Source: a virus
Lineage: Duplodnaviria > Caudoviricetes
Virus record (IMG/VR): IMGVR_UViG_3300014205_000204
Location: 1-64,000 of that record
DNA length: 64,000 nucleotides
Direction: 5' to 3' (one strand)
Positions 26,270 to 37,147 of this stretch are shown in pieces (within the stretch, counting starts at the first letter, position 1; every line of letters starts with the position of its first letter). Below the pieces are notes generated by a model that saw only the letters and a program-made list of their open reading frames with translations, was not told the DNA's origin and did not search any database. The position numbers and the translations under genes were made by a program.

Positions 26270-26578
26270 ATGCCTGCTACACAATACGTCGTCGAGTGGA
26301 CGACAGACGTCGACTCGGACTCCCGCGTCGACTACGGCCTGGATACTGATTACGGCAACTTCATCTATCATGCCGAGCTGACCAAGAACCACTCGGTCAC
26401 CCTTGCCGACCTGATCCCGACCTACACCTACCATTTCAAGACGACGTCAGTCGGGGTCGACTTTAATGAGGTCTCGGCCGACCAGACTTTCGTCACTACC
26501 TTCACGCTCGACGAGGCATCAAGCCTCGCGGGAACCACGAACTCGCCATCAGGGTCGAACTTCGCTGGGTTAAGCTAA
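26270..26578 (+). CDS. Fibronectin type III-like domain protein
   Basis: VEWTTDVDSDSRVDYG...HSVTLADLIPTYTYHF matches the FN3 / purple-acid-phosphatase N-terminal-like pattern. Confidence 0.75.
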   Translation: MPATQYVVEWTTDVDSDSRVDYGLDTDYGNFIYHAELTKNHSVTLADLIPTYTYHFKTTSVGVDFNEVSADQTFVTTFTLDEASSLAGTTNSPSGSNFAGLS

Positions 26579-26587
26579 AAAATATCC

Positions 26588-27688
26588 ATGCCTATCCTCC
26601 GAGCAGATAATAGGCTGTTGACCAAGTCTCAGCCTTACACGTTCACGGTCGGTAACCTCGCGTCAGGGGTCAATGCCGTCGCCGCCGCTAGGGTGATGGA
26701 TTCCGGGTTCTCCGCCGATGACTTCATCCTCGTCGGCGAGATGGGCACGGAAACTGCCGAGATCGTGCAGATCGACAGCTTCGGCACGTCAACCTTCAAC
26801 CTGAACGGCACTACGTCATTCGCCCACCCCGACACTACCCGCGTCACCCGCGTCCCGTACGACAAGGTACAGTTCTACTGGACTGCCACGGACACGTTCG
26901 ACACCGATAATCCGGTCGGGGCAGCCGTGACGGTCCATACCGATTCCTGGTACACGCAAGTGGATGACACGTCCCATTCCACGGGGTACGGGTGGGCGGT
27001 GTTCCTCAATTCCGACAGCGGCGACATCGCGGCTTCAACGTCGCCGATACCGTACTCCAACTTCTCGCGCCGAACCGTCAAGCGGGTCCTCGATTCATTC
27101 TGGATGACGCTTGGTTCCACCGACCGCAAGCACGTCACCCTCGACATGGCCATGGAGTGGCTGAACGAGGCGTACGACAAGGTCAGCAACGCCTACGGCA
27201 TGGTCAACGAGGATCATGCCTCGTCCGACGGCACCGACACCATAGCCGTCGTGTCCGGCACATCTAAGTACCTCCTGCCGGAGGACTTCGACGAGATGCT
27301 GTACATGACAGTCGACGGCACTAGGCTTGATCCCACGCCGTCGCGCGACACGTACGACAGCGGCGACTGGATTGACACTCGCTACACGATCCGCGGGCAG
27401 TACATCGAGTTCTCCCCCGCGCCGACGTCGGACTACACCGTCACCTACAGGTACCAGAAGCTCCAGGCTGAGCTGACGTCATACCACCAGGTAATCGACC
27501 TGCCGAAGCGCGGCTTCAACATCCTCAAGGACTACATGCTCTTCCGCGCCTCCACGGCGACCAAGCGTCCGGACCTTGCCGCGCACTACGCGCTCTTCGA
27601 CAATGAGGTCAAGGAGATAGTGGCCCAGGCGATCAACCTGGATAATTCCATGGACTCGTTCGGAATCTCCGACCAGGCCTGGAGCTAA
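26588..27688 (+). CDS. Putative head-tail adaptor (tail tubular protein A-like)
   Basis: C-terminal half has a YLLPEDF...YTIRGQYIEFSPAP...Y pattern typical of podoviral adaptors, and the position fits. Confidence 0.55.
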   Translation: MPILRADNRLLTKSQPYTFTVGNLASGVNAVAAARVMDSGFSADDFILVGEMGTETAEIVQIDSFGTSTFNLNGTTSFAHPDTTRVTRVPYDKVQFYWTATDTFDTDNPVGAAVTVHTDSWYTQVDDTSHSTGYGWAVFLNSDSGDIAASTSPIPYSNFSRRTVKRVLDSFWMTLGSTDRKHVTLDMAMEWLNEAYDKVSNAYGMVNEDHASSDGTDTIAVVSGTSKYLLPEDFDEMLYMTVDGTRLDPTPSRDTYDSGDWIDTRYTIRGQYIEFSPAPTSDYTVTYRYQKLQAELTSYHQVIDLPKRGFNILKDYMLFRASTATKRPDLAAHYALFDNEVKEIVAQAINLDNSMDSFGISDQAWS

Positions 27689-27695
27689 AAACGAC

Positions 27696-29564
27696 ATGGA
27701 CCAGCAACTAACTTCAATCCGCGCCCTTGACGGCATAAACTCATATGCCTCCCCGAACCTGTCGAAGGCCGGGGAGTTTCGGCACATGGAGAACGCCACC
27801 TGCGACCAGGCCGGCACCGTCAAGACGGCCAAGGGATCGACGCAACTTGGCGACGACGGGACCTCCCATTTCGCGGGCGGTATTTTTCGTTTTCCGAACG
27901 AGTACACGTCCAGCATCAGCGGGTCGCCGAGCGGCAACTGCGGCCTTTACAGGGTCGTCGGGGACGGAAACGGCACCATCCAGTACCTAGATTTCGACTA
28001 TACGACATGGGTACCGCTCGCCGGACACGGCACTAACATAGGATATGAGCTGGAGTACTCCCTGCTGTCGTCGTGCATCGCCGACGGGTGCCTGTACGTT
28101 GCCGGGGGTGACGTCCCCATCCGCTACGTCATGCCAGACGGCACTACCACGTACGTGGCCCCCGGGGGTAACCTCAACGGGGCCCCTGAAGGAAGGAAGA
28201 TCGCCTACTACAAGGGCCGCCTCTACATCGGCGACTATTGGCTAGAGATCGATGGCACGCCGCGCTGGTTCCACGACCACGTGCGCTTCTCCTCGACCCT
28301 TCTCGGCATCGTGTCCCTCGTGGAGGGCGACTTCGCCGCGGGAGCCACGACGCTGAACGTGTCGGACACCAAGTACATCCTCGCGACGGACACCCTCGAG
28401 GTGTGGCGAGGGTCTACCTTGATAGAAACGCTCACGGTCACCGGGAAGTCCGAGGCGACCGGGACGTACACGATCACCGTCAGCGCCACTACGGCCGACA
28501 TCCTCAGTTCCGACGAGCTGTGGGTCAGCGGCACCCACGACCTTGACGCCGACCGAGTCTTCCGCTGGGCGGACGCCGGCATCGGCAACGAGGAGATGAA
28601 GCGCTACGACGACTTCGTCCTGCCCGGCGTGGAGGGCGCCAACTCGATAAACACGCTCTGCGTCGTCGGCGACTACCTGGCGATAGCGTCCAGGGACAGT
28701 TTCGCGTGGTGGGACACCTACAGGCTCACTGGATCCGGTTTGGGCATCGGCGTCTGCTCGCCGAACGGCTTCGTATCGGCCTTCGGAAGCGGATACGGCC
28801 TGGACTATACCGGCGTCTACCAGTGGACTCCCGGATCTGCGTCCCCGAAGGTAATATCCACGCCTGTCGAGGCATACATCACGGGCGCCAAGAAGACCGA
28901 CATTGAGAGGGCATCGTCCGTAAGGTCAGGCTTCCACCTCATGTGGCACCTGGGCGAGGTGACGCTCTACAAGGCAGACGGTTCGGTCGACAAGGTAATA
29001 GAAAACTGCACGATTGACTACGACATCCGCCTGGACAACTGGTACGTCCATACGGACAAGGCCATGGACTTCATGTGCAACTGGTCGGAGGGCGAGAGGG
29101 CCAACGCGATCGCCTACCTCCAGCACGAGAGGCAGGTGCCTTACGTCGTCAAGGCGTTCGAGGCATTTTACGGGGACAAGGAGGACGACGGCAGCTCCAG
29201 CGAGGAGGAGGTCTTCTTCCGCGCGGACACCGTGCCGATCCAGCTGTCCTCGACTCCGGACACCATCGCCTACCCGTCGGCGGTAGTCATCGAGTGCGAC
29301 AGGGGCAGCGGCGGGCAGGTGTTCGCCAGGCTCGACGAGGGGGAGTGGTATCAGCTGAAGGGAGAGTTCAACAAGGGCGTGAGCGTCATACCGGTGACCT
29401 CCCCTAACCCCGACGAGCTTACCCCGCCGAAGTGCCGCAGGATATCGTTCTCGCTAAGGCACTCGATGCCGAACGGCACGCGGGTGACCTCGCTTTCCGT
29501 GAGGTTCGCGCAGTCCCTCGAGGACGCTGACGGGCTGCAGATCGAGTCGAACATCACCCAATAG
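27696..29564 (+). CDS. Putative tail nozzle/stabilisation protein (tubular B / gp10-like)
   Basis: 622 aa, beta-propeller-like, directly after the adaptor. Confidence 0.55.
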   Translation: MDQQLTSIRALDGINSYASPNLSKAGEFRHMENATCDQAGTVKTAKGSTQLGDDGTSHFAGGIFRFPNEYTSSISGSPSGNCGLYRVVGDGNGTIQYLDFDYTTWVPLAGHGTNIGYELEYSLLSSCIADGCLYVAGGDVPIRYVMPDGTTTYVAPGGNLNGAPEGRKIAYYKGRLYIGDYWLEIDGTPRWFHDHVRFSSTLLGIVSLVEGDFAAGATTLNVSDTKYILATDTLEVWRGSTLIETLTVTGKSEATGTYTITVSATTADILSSDELWVSGTHDLDADRVFRWADAGIGNEEMKRYDDFVLPGVEGANSINTLCVVGDYLAIASRDSFAWWDTYRLTGSGLGIGVCSPNGFVSAFGSGYGLDYTGVYQWTPGSASPKVISTPVEAYITGAKKTDIERASSVRSGFHLMWHLGEVTLYKADGSVDKVIENCTIDYDIRLDNWYVHTDKAMDFMCNWSEGERANAIAYLQHERQVPYVVKAFEAFYGDKEDDGSSSEEEVFFRADTVPIQLSSTPDTIAYPSAVVIECDRGSGGQVFARLDEGEWYQLKGEFNKGVSVIPVTSPNPDELTPPKCRRISFSLRHSMPNGTRVTSLSVRFAQSLEDADGLQIESNITQ

Positions 29565-29570
29565 AAAAAT

Positions 29571-31589
29571 ATGAGCATCGCCAACGACTTTACGGACCTG
29601 ATGATCAAGAAGACGTCTCTGCTTCTTGACGAGCGCAAGCTAAAGGACATCGAGTCCCCGCAGCTCCAGAAGGAGGAGGACGACGGCGTCATCGTGTCCG
29701 ACAACTACGTGAAGGGCAGGCAGGGCTTCATGCTCGACCGGCGCACCGGCGACGTCGACCTCGACGGCGTCACGTTCAACGTGGATGACGTGACCGGAGA
29801 GGTGACCGTGGACGTCGAGGGTGTCGCGGTCGGCGCGACGACCGAGATCGACCTGAAGGCCGCGGACGGCGTGGACATAAGCGCCGTCCAGCCGATCCCG
29901 GACGGGAAGGTCGAGGTGACGATCGGGACTTCCGCGACCAACAGCAGCATCGAGCAGCTTCTCGCGACGAACGACATCGACGTCGTCCCGATCGACGCGA
30001 CCACCCCCGGCACGCTGAACTTCCAGGACCTGGCGGCGGTGCCGCATTCGGTGGTGCTTAGGTCCCCGTCCACCAACGACGGCACGGTATACGTCCTGCC
30101 GGCGGCCAAGGGAACGACGGGAGACTACCTCAAGATGACGCTTACCGGCGGCAGGGCTTACATGTCGTGGGACGACGCCGGGTCAGGCAGCTCTGACGGC
30201 GGCTTTTACGTCCAGAGGAAGATAGTGGACTGGGCTGACAGCGTCGCCGTGGGCGACGGGCAGTTCTACTTCAGGGTCCCCGAGGGGCTGGACGGCTCGC
30301 AGTTCTTCTACCCGTGGGCACGCGTGAACACCGCGGGAGTCACGGGTGACATGACCGTCCAGATCTACAACGTGACCCAGGGTGGGTATGTGCTCTCGAC
30401 GCCCCTCACGATAGCTGACGGGGCCGTGGATTCCAGCACTTACGGTATAGCTACCGCCTACAGGTACGTCCATAACGGCGATGAGCTGCGGATAGACGTG
30501 AAGACCGTGCAGGGCACGCCGGCCTTGGGGCTGCGGGTGGGGTTCCTACTGTCACACGTGTACGTGCCGGCAGTGCCCCCGCCGGTGCCCCTCGACCCTG
30601 ACTGGACGTGGACAAGTATTACCCCCCCAAGATTAAGTTCAAGTTTTGGTTATCCTTTAATCCATATAACTGGTGATGGAAGTGTTATAGTTTATAAACC
30701 TGCTGTCTCTGGGATAGTTTGTATATCTACTGACGGGGGGACGACATGGAGTGACATAGATTTTAATGTATTAGACGTTCCAACTGGCGGACCCTATGGT
30801 GTAGCAGGGTTGTGCATGTCTGAAAATGGAGTTTTGTTCGTAAGTTTTTACGATGTTCAATATGTTTATAGGTCAGATGATTACGGCATAACTTGGGTGC
30901 GGTCAATGGGGTTCCCCACTGGTGGTGCTGGAGACAAAAATAGTCTATGTTGCTCTATAGACGGTTCAGTTGTCGCGTGCCTATGCGAGACAAATGACGT
31001 GTACCATTTGAGCAGCAGTGCCTACGTATCCGTTGATGGCGGCATGAACTGGTACCTTTCTGATACGATCGATCAGGGTAAAAACAGCAGTAATCTAGAC
31101 TCTAGGTTAAGCATATCGTCAAGCGGTAGGTACATTATTACGTCCGGAGGACCAAATTCTTTAGCATGTTCTATCGACTTTTCGTCTGATTTTGGCGTAT
31201 CATTTAGTACCATTTTCACGCCAACTGCTGGTGGCTCGGCACATGCCGTATCATCTGACGGTAAAACTATTATTGTTGAGCCAACCTACACTGGCAACAT
31301 GAAGATAACAAAAGACGGGGGTATCACATGGGCTGATTACTCTCCTTTTCCTGTCAGTGGGAGCTGGACTTCCGCAACTCGTGTACTAATTTCAGACGAT
31401 GGTCAAACTATCGCCATGGCTGGGTCTAAAGGGACAGCACTTAGCGTCGATGGGGGGCTTACTGATACGAACGCTCCTATAAGTGTGACTGAGCAAGCTT
31501 TATATCTTTCAAGAAACGGAGCTTTCGCAATAATATATTATCATAGTACCATTTATCCAAGCAAAATCTACATCGGCTCCCGCATCTGA
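29571..31589 (+). CDS. Tail-associated protein with low-GC C-terminal BNR propeller
   Basis: Asp-box repeats (ISTDGGTTW, RSDDYGITW, VSVDGGMNW, ITKDGGITW) after a Pro-rich linker. Confidence 0.65.
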   Translation: MSIANDFTDLMIKKTSLLLDERKLKDIESPQLQKEEDDGVIVSDNYVKGRQGFMLDRRTGDVDLDGVTFNVDDVTGEVTVDVEGVAVGATTEIDLKAADGVDISAVQPIPDGKVEVTIGTSATNSSIEQLLATNDIDVVPIDATTPGTLNFQDLAAVPHSVVLRSPSTNDGTVYVLPAAKGTTGDYLKMTLTGGRAYMSWDDAGSGSSDGGFYVQRKIVDWADSVAVGDGQFYFRVPEGLDGSQFFYPWARVNTAGVTGDMTVQIYNVTQGGYVLSTPLTIADGAVDSSTYGIATAYRYVHNGDELRIDVKTVQGTPALGLRVGFLLSHVYVPAVPPPVPLDPDWTWTSITPPRLSSSFGYPLIHITGDGSVIVYKPAVSGIVCISTDGGTTWSDIDFNVLDVPTGGPYGVAGLCMSENGVLFVSFYDVQYVYRSDDYGITWVRSMGFPTGGAGDKNSLCCSIDGSVVACLCETNDVYHLSSSAYVSVDGGMNWYLSDTIDQGKNSSNLDSRLSISSSGRYIITSGGPNSLACSIDFSSDFGVSFSTIFTPTAGGSAHAVSSDGKTIIVEPTYTGNMKITKDGGITWADYSPFPVSGSWTSATRVLISDDGQTIAMAGSKGTALSVDGGLTDTNAPISVTEQALYLSRNGAFAIIYYHSTIYPSKIYIGSRI

Positions 31590-31596
31590 AAACCCA

Positions 31597-31605
31597 TGAT
31601 AAAAT
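31597..31605 (+). promoter_or_regulatory. Extended -10 promoter (TGATAAAAT)
   Basis: TGn-TAAAAT upstream of the internal-protein cluster. Confidence 0.5.
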
Positions 31606-31648
31606 ATATATAGAGGGGAAGAAGGAAAAAACAAAAAAACAAAACAAA

Positions 31649-34159
31649 ATGCCCATAACACCATTCTACGTCTACAGGCAGGATGGGACGTACTACAAGC
31701 TCCCCGACGACGTCCCAATGACCCGCGAGGAGATTAGACAGGCAAACTCCGGAGCTTACCCCGTTCGCGTCCTCACGGATCCCATGCAGATTGAGATGTT
31801 CATCTACGAGGCAAGGAAGGGCAGCGAGGCGCTCAACTCTTTTAGGAACTTCATCGGATCGAACACTTGGACTTCAGAGCAGAAGCTTGCCTACATCAAA
31901 AAACTTAACGACACGATCCAGGGCTACTCGAAGATCGCTTACCAGGCTTCTCCCCAGCTGACTGTGGGAGGAGAGAACGTCGGCCCAGGGCAGCTGACTA
32001 ATGAGCTGTCAGGCTGGCACGTCTACCGCGATGCCGGAAAGTATTACGACAGCGAGACGGGGCAGGAGGTGTCGCAAGACGACGTCCACTCCGCGCTCGA
32101 GCAGGGCAGCGTCGTCTTCGATGCTGCCCCTGACGTAAAGAAGGCCACCCTTTACCCGCCGTCAGGCGGCGAACCGGTAGTCGTGGCAGTGGGTTCGGCC
32201 CAGGCATCGCAGCTTCAGTCGAAGGGTTATACTCTGGCGCCGAAACCAGACGCCACTGACTCCTCCACTCCCGCGGAGGGAACGTCATCCAGCGAAACGA
32301 AATATCCTGTCGCCCCGACTGGCATCAAGTCAGTACCGGATTCATCAAACTATTTCCTTGTCGAGTTCACAGACGACCCTACCCCGCACGACGATTCTAC
32401 GTCCGCGGGCATTTGGCTTTACGTGAAGAACGAGGGGACGTATAGGCCCATTCCTGACGACGCGACCATGATCAGCCTGTTCGGAGAGGACAAGTTCAAT
32501 TCAATCATGAGCAACAGAGTCAAGATGTCGATTTCCGAGGCTCTCGCCTCCCCCGAATGGAAGGGCACCATCCTCGGGACCGACTATGCCCCGAGGGGAA
32601 ACGGCTACCTCCCGACGTTCACGGCCAATACCGCGACCGTGAAGTACGGCTTTAACCGCGACGCCGAGCTTGAGAAGAAGACCCTCGACAGGACACTGGA
32701 CATCATGTCCGTATTCGTCGACAAGCAGATCATATCCAAGGAATCTTTCGACAGGATCTTCACCCCTGGCAACAGCGAGGCCGCCATGTACGTGGAGGCG
32801 CTCACCTACGGTGGATACACCCTCGGTGACGTCTGGCGCGACATACGCCTTCAGGAGCTGGCACTGGTCGACCCGAAGTACGCCGGCCTGCGTGCCGTCA
32901 GCCCGGGGATGCAGGCGGTGGACTACAAGCGGACTTCCAACTTCGACGACATCGTCGATCCGGCGATCGACCTCATGATCCCGTCAGAGGTGATCGCTAC
33001 GGCGCTAAAGACAAACGTCGGAAATGCCTCCACGCTCGTCAATGCCCCGCTCTACACGATCGCTGACGAGTTTTTCTCTGATGTTGGCACTACCCCGGAC
33101 TGGACAGACCCGGCCGTCCGCGAGGAGGCGAGGAAGATCGAGGCGTTCTATTACGACCTGATGGACCAGACGCTCCGTGCGCAGACGGAAGAGCAGAAGC
33201 AGAAGGCCGATTACGACTGGAAGAGATTCAGGGAGAAGGTCATGAAGCAACTGAACATAACGCTTTCCGATAACGCCATCGAGGCGTGGGACCAGCTGCA
33301 GCAGGCTTTCTCGGCCTTCAGGGAGCGAGGCCTCGCCGATACAGGCGTCCAGAGGGAGGCTACCGACCGCTTCCTCAACAAGGTAAGGCGCGAGGACCAG
33401 AGGAACCGCGAGAATGCCGACGAGAACATATCCGACCAGGAGATCGAGCAGCTAAGGACATACGGCACTCCAGAGGAGATCGCGGCATACGTGAACCGCG
33501 TGGGAGTCGAGAAGGCCAGGGAGGTCGGCCTCATCGCGCCTGATGCCATGAGGAACGCATACTCCATCGAGAACCTCCGTAAGGTCTCTGCCTCCCACGA
33601 CAAGAACGGCAATCTGATCTATACCGACGGTAACGGGGCATTCTATTACGGCGCCATGGAGGACGGCAAGCTGGTCTATCGCGACAAGGATGGGCGACTG
33701 GCCGACACGGCGACCCTGAAGACGGTCACCAACATGACAGACGATGAGCTCAAGAACCTCCAGGGCCAGTACATCGACGATCGGGGATACCTTACGTCGA
33801 CAGCCGAGAGGACATTAGCGAAGAACCTTCAATCCAACGCCGTCAGCAGGTTGAAATACCAGCAGGACAAGCAGGCCAGTGACGCCGACTCCGCCCACAA
33901 GGAACTTCTCGACAAGGCAGGAGTGAACCTCAGTAGCTGGCTGAAGACTGACGCTTCCGGAATGCCAAGCGCCGATAAGGCCTACCCGTTCTCCAGCGGA
34001 TTCACCCTCATGAGGAAGGTAAATCCAGGAGAGAAGATCAAGGTTCCGAACGTCGACATCCTAGGGCGTTACGCCGGCGGCAAGACATCCATGCTGGAGG
34101 AGAAGGACGCTAACGGTGACATTTACCTAAAGGAGGGCGCAGAAGTCCTCTGGCAATAA
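31649..34159 (+). CDS. Putative internal virion protein
   Basis: 836 aa, helical with Q/E/R-rich stretches, located after the tail genes. Confidence 0.6.
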   Translation: MPITPFYVYRQDGTYYKLPDDVPMTREEIRQANSGAYPVRVLTDPMQIEMFIYEARKGSEALNSFRNFIGSNTWTSEQKLAYIKKLNDTIQGYSKIAYQASPQLTVGGENVGPGQLTNELSGWHVYRDAGKYYDSETGQEVSQDDVHSALEQGSVVFDAAPDVKKATLYPPSGGEPVVVAVGSAQASQLQSKGYTLAPKPDATDSSTPAEGTSSSETKYPVAPTGIKSVPDSSNYFLVEFTDDPTPHDDSTSAGIWLYVKNEGTYRPIPDDATMISLFGEDKFNSIMSNRVKMSISEALASPEWKGTILGTDYAPRGNGYLPTFTANTATVKYGFNRDAELEKKTLDRTLDIMSVFVDKQIISKESFDRIFTPGNSEAAMYVEALTYGGYTLGDVWRDIRLQELALVDPKYAGLRAVSPGMQAVDYKRTSNFDDIVDPAIDLMIPSEVIATALKTNVGNASTLVNAPLYTIADEFFSDVGTTPDWTDPAVREEARKIEAFYYDLMDQTLRAQTEEQKQKADYDWKRFREKVMKQLNITLSDNAIEAWDQLQQAFSAFRERGLADTGVQREATDRFLNKVRREDQRNRENADENISDQEIEQLRTYGTPEEIAAYVNRVGVEKAREVGLIAPDAMRNAYSIENLRKVSASHDKNGNLIYTDGNGAFYYGAMEDGKLVYRDKDGRLADTATLKTVTNMTDDELKNLQGQYIDDRGYLTSTAERTLAKNLQSNAVSRLKYQQDKQASDADSAHKELLDKAGVNLSSWLKTDASGMPSADKAYPFSSGFTLMRKVNPGEKIKVPNVDILGRYAGGKTSMLEEKDANGDIYLKEGAEVLWQ

Positions 34160-34160
34160 C

Positions 34161-34757
34161 ATGGCAAACATACCAGAAACCAGCTTTATCCCGCGCGCCG
34201 GCACGGATATCGCGAAGAACATGTCCGCCGGCTTCGCTAAGGCTTCCGCTGCGATGAGGGGCATGTTCGGCGCCCAGCCGGGCAAGACGGCGGCAAATAA
34301 CCAGGGTTACGCCGCCAAGGCACCGCAGGCGACGTTCAGTTCCATCGCCCCGTTCAAGGCCAAGGACATCGGTACCGTCACTACGAGGCCTAACGAGTCG
34401 ACACGGTTCGAGAAGTCGCATCCCGGCATCGACATCGCGAACAAGGAAGGAACGGCCATCCCGGCATTCACGCCGGGCAAGGTGACGAAGGTCGTCAGCG
34501 GCCAGAAGCCCGGTACGAAGGGATACGGGAACTATGTGGTGGTCACGGACAGCCAAGGGAACAGGCACCAGTACTCGCACCTCCTCAAGACGTACGTGAA
34601 CGTCGGGGATGCCGTGGGTGCCGCGAGTCCCGTGGGTGCCATGGGACGCACGGGCAGCGTTTATTCAACCAGCGGGGGCACTGGGACGCACCTTGACTAT
34701 CGTGTCGCTGACGCGTTCGGGAAGTGGATCGACCCTACTAAATACGTCAGCATCTAA
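34161..34757 (+). CDS. M23-family peptidase
   Basis: HPGIDIA, GYGNYVVV, YSHL and GTHLDY motifs. Confidence 0.85.
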   Translation: MANIPETSFIPRAGTDIAKNMSAGFAKASAAMRGMFGAQPGKTAANNQGYAAKAPQATFSSIAPFKAKDIGTVTTRPNESTRFEKSHPGIDIANKEGTAIPAFTPGKVTKVVSGQKPGTKGYGNYVVVTDSQGNRHQYSHLLKTYVNVGDAVGAASPVGAMGRTGSVYSTSGGTGTHLDYRVADAFGKWIDPTKYVSI

Positions 34758-34759
34758 AT

Positions 34760-37135
34760 ATGGATAAAACAAAAGCGATAAGGGCGATGATGGCTGACCC
34801 AAAGTCCAGGAAGTCCTTGGCTGACGCCCTCAAGGAACCCGGAGGATCGGGCAAGCGGAAGTCTGCCCATTCGACATTAAAGATATACGGTCGTCTTGCC
34901 GGAAAGGCGGATGGGCAGGGAGGGAGCGAAGATTTTACGTCAGCGTTCGTGGATAGCCTAAACTCCAGGGTTACTGGTCCAAGATCAACCCCAGTGCAGG
35001 GTCAGTCGTCTAACGCCGTAGAGGCCATCACTCCGATGTCCGATACCCCGACTATCACTAGGCAGGCACAGGGTTTTGACTGGCAGGGACTCTTGAAGCC
35101 TGATTACTTTGAATATAATGAAACGGACCCGAACATAAAGAGTCTAGGCAAGGCTGTCTCGAACGTCGGTACTTTCGTGGTAAAGCCTCTTGCTGCAGTC
35201 GGGCGCGGCATACCAGTCGCCGGCGACTGGCTGGTATCAGCGCCGTACAGGGCTGCAGTAGGCCTTGGAAGATGGATGGCAACGGTCCCGAAAGTCGAAC
35301 AGTCAGTCACTTCAGAAAAACAAGAAGCTGCCACGACATCAACTCCAGGCACGGCTTCCGCCACTGGTTCTCAAGAGACAGCTGGCACTGGTACGGGCAC
35401 TGGTACGGGCACTGATACGGAGACCAAGAAAGAATATGAGAAGCCATACGAGGAATGGACTGACGATGAGAAGCAGACAGATGCGCAGAGCAAGTTTGAC
35501 GAGCGGAAGACAGGCCTGACCGAAACCGGACAGATTTTGAAACTGGCGGAACAAATCCGTGCCGAGACTGGCAAGACACCGAATACTGGGTACCCGGACG
35601 TTGACCTTGCCCTTTCCCTGACGTCGTCGATCGGGTCTGCCGTCACTTCCGGCAATGTTGACGAGTGGTGGGCTGGAATTACTGCTAACGGGAATACACC
35701 CAGCAAGACGCAGGAGATACTGTATAAGTCGGTGAAGCAGGGGACTGGCGAGTCAGGGTTCAGGGCTTCCTTCCTGAGCAACCCGGACGCGATGGCCGAG
35801 GTCCTCGGTATCGAAGCGTCCGTGCTTCGCAAGTTCCCGATCTTCGCCATGGGCACCCCAGACTACGGTGCGCTGCGAAAGATCGTCGAGCGTGAGTACC
35901 AGGTCGACGCGTCATACGACGAGATCATGAACCTGGACTCCAGGCACCGTTTGGCCTCCAACGCGTTCAAGTCATACGTGGTGGACAAGGACCTTTACCT
36001 CAAGGACATCGAGAAGAAGAAGGCAGAGCTCCGGCAGTTCTACGCCAATAACGACATGTCTGACCCGTTCGTCAGGCAGCAGTACGAGACGTACGGGGGA
36101 TGGCTGGACACGGCATACTCAAACAAGATCGCCGACTATAACGTTCTCCTGACAAATGCCTCGGAGTACGAGACAGAGGACTACAACAGGTCGCTTGCCC
36201 GACTCAACATCCAGCTGCAGCGCGCAGAGAACCAGTTCACTGCCGTATCGAAGACCGTCGATGACTTCTGGACGGGCGCCAAGGATGCCCTTGACGCGGC
36301 ATACGTCTCGGCGCAGACAGGCATGAACGCCTCAGACAAGACCAGAAAATCGCTGTTGGACATCCTTGAGCAGAATCAGAAGATCAAGAACCTCTTCCCG
36401 GGCTACGAGGTTGACACCAAAACAAAAGTCACTGCCTTTGATACCGAGAATGCCATGAAGGACTTTATGACAGTAGTGGACGTGAAGGACAATGAAGGCA
36501 ATGACATAAAGAAGCAGCAGCCCCTCGTGACCACGTACGGCCAGATGGAGAACTTACTCGCCACCAAGAGGTACAGCGCGACTGCTGACAACGATCAGTT
36601 CAGAAAACTGTGGGCCAACGTGATGGGCCAGTACATCGCCGACGATATCAGATTGGGAGATTTTAGCGGGGCCAAGAGCACCTATGCCGCGATGATCTCG
36701 GACATCCCAGGTGACGCTGATATGTTGATGCAAAAGTACGCGACCGACGAGAATTCGCTCACGGCAGAAGAAAGGAGATCATGGGCGAAAATAGAGATGG
36801 TGAACAGTGAGGTGGCATCAAGCGTACAGGCGGCGGCCAGTGGTGACCTGAGCAGCAGGCTTAACGACTATGCCGATAAGGTAAAGGAGGCGTTCAGCTC
36901 AAAAGCCATGCCACTTGACGACAACGAGTGGGAGAGAAAGTTCCTCTCCGAGATAAAAGACCAGTTCGCCATTTCCATGCTAAAGATTTTGAGGCCATCG
37001 TATGCTGACGAATACGAGAAAACCGTTCTCAGTTCCGATGACGTCGAGGGTGAGATGAAGAAGTGGAACAGCAGCGACTTTTACAAGCAGGTTGTGAATG
37101 ACCCAAATCTGGTGGACGCTTACATTTCCTTCTAG
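34760..37135 (+). CDS. Putative internal virion protein
   Basis: 791 aa, helical, with a GT-repeat linker. Confidence 0.6.
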   Translation: MDKTKAIRAMMADPKSRKSLADALKEPGGSGKRKSAHSTLKIYGRLAGKADGQGGSEDFTSAFVDSLNSRVTGPRSTPVQGQSSNAVEAITPMSDTPTITRQAQGFDWQGLLKPDYFEYNETDPNIKSLGKAVSNVGTFVVKPLAAVGRGIPVAGDWLVSAPYRAAVGLGRWMATVPKVEQSVTSEKQEAATTSTPGTASATGSQETAGTGTGTGTGTDTETKKEYEKPYEEWTDDEKQTDAQSKFDERKTGLTETGQILKLAEQIRAETGKTPNTGYPDVDLALSLTSSIGSAVTSGNVDEWWAGITANGNTPSKTQEILYKSVKQGTGESGFRASFLSNPDAMAEVLGIEASVLRKFPIFAMGTPDYGALRKIVEREYQVDASYDEIMNLDSRHRLASNAFKSYVVDKDLYLKDIEKKKAELRQFYANNDMSDPFVRQQYETYGGWLDTAYSNKIADYNVLLTNASEYETEDYNRSLARLNIQLQRAENQFTAVSKTVDDFWTGAKDALDAAYVSAQTGMNASDKTRKSLLDILEQNQKIKNLFPGYEVDTKTKVTAFDTENAMKDFMTVVDVKDNEGNDIKKQQPLVTTYGQMENLLATKRYSATADNDQFRKLWANVMGQYIADDIRLGDFSGAKSTYAAMISDIPGDADMLMQKYATDENSLTAEERRSWAKIEMVNSEVASSVQAAASGDLSSRLNDYADKVKEAFSSKAMPLDDNEWERKFLSEIKDQFAISMLKILRPSYADEYEKTVLSSDDVEGEMKKWNSSDFYKQVVNDPNLVDAYISF

Positions 37136-37147
37136 CCACGAAACCTA

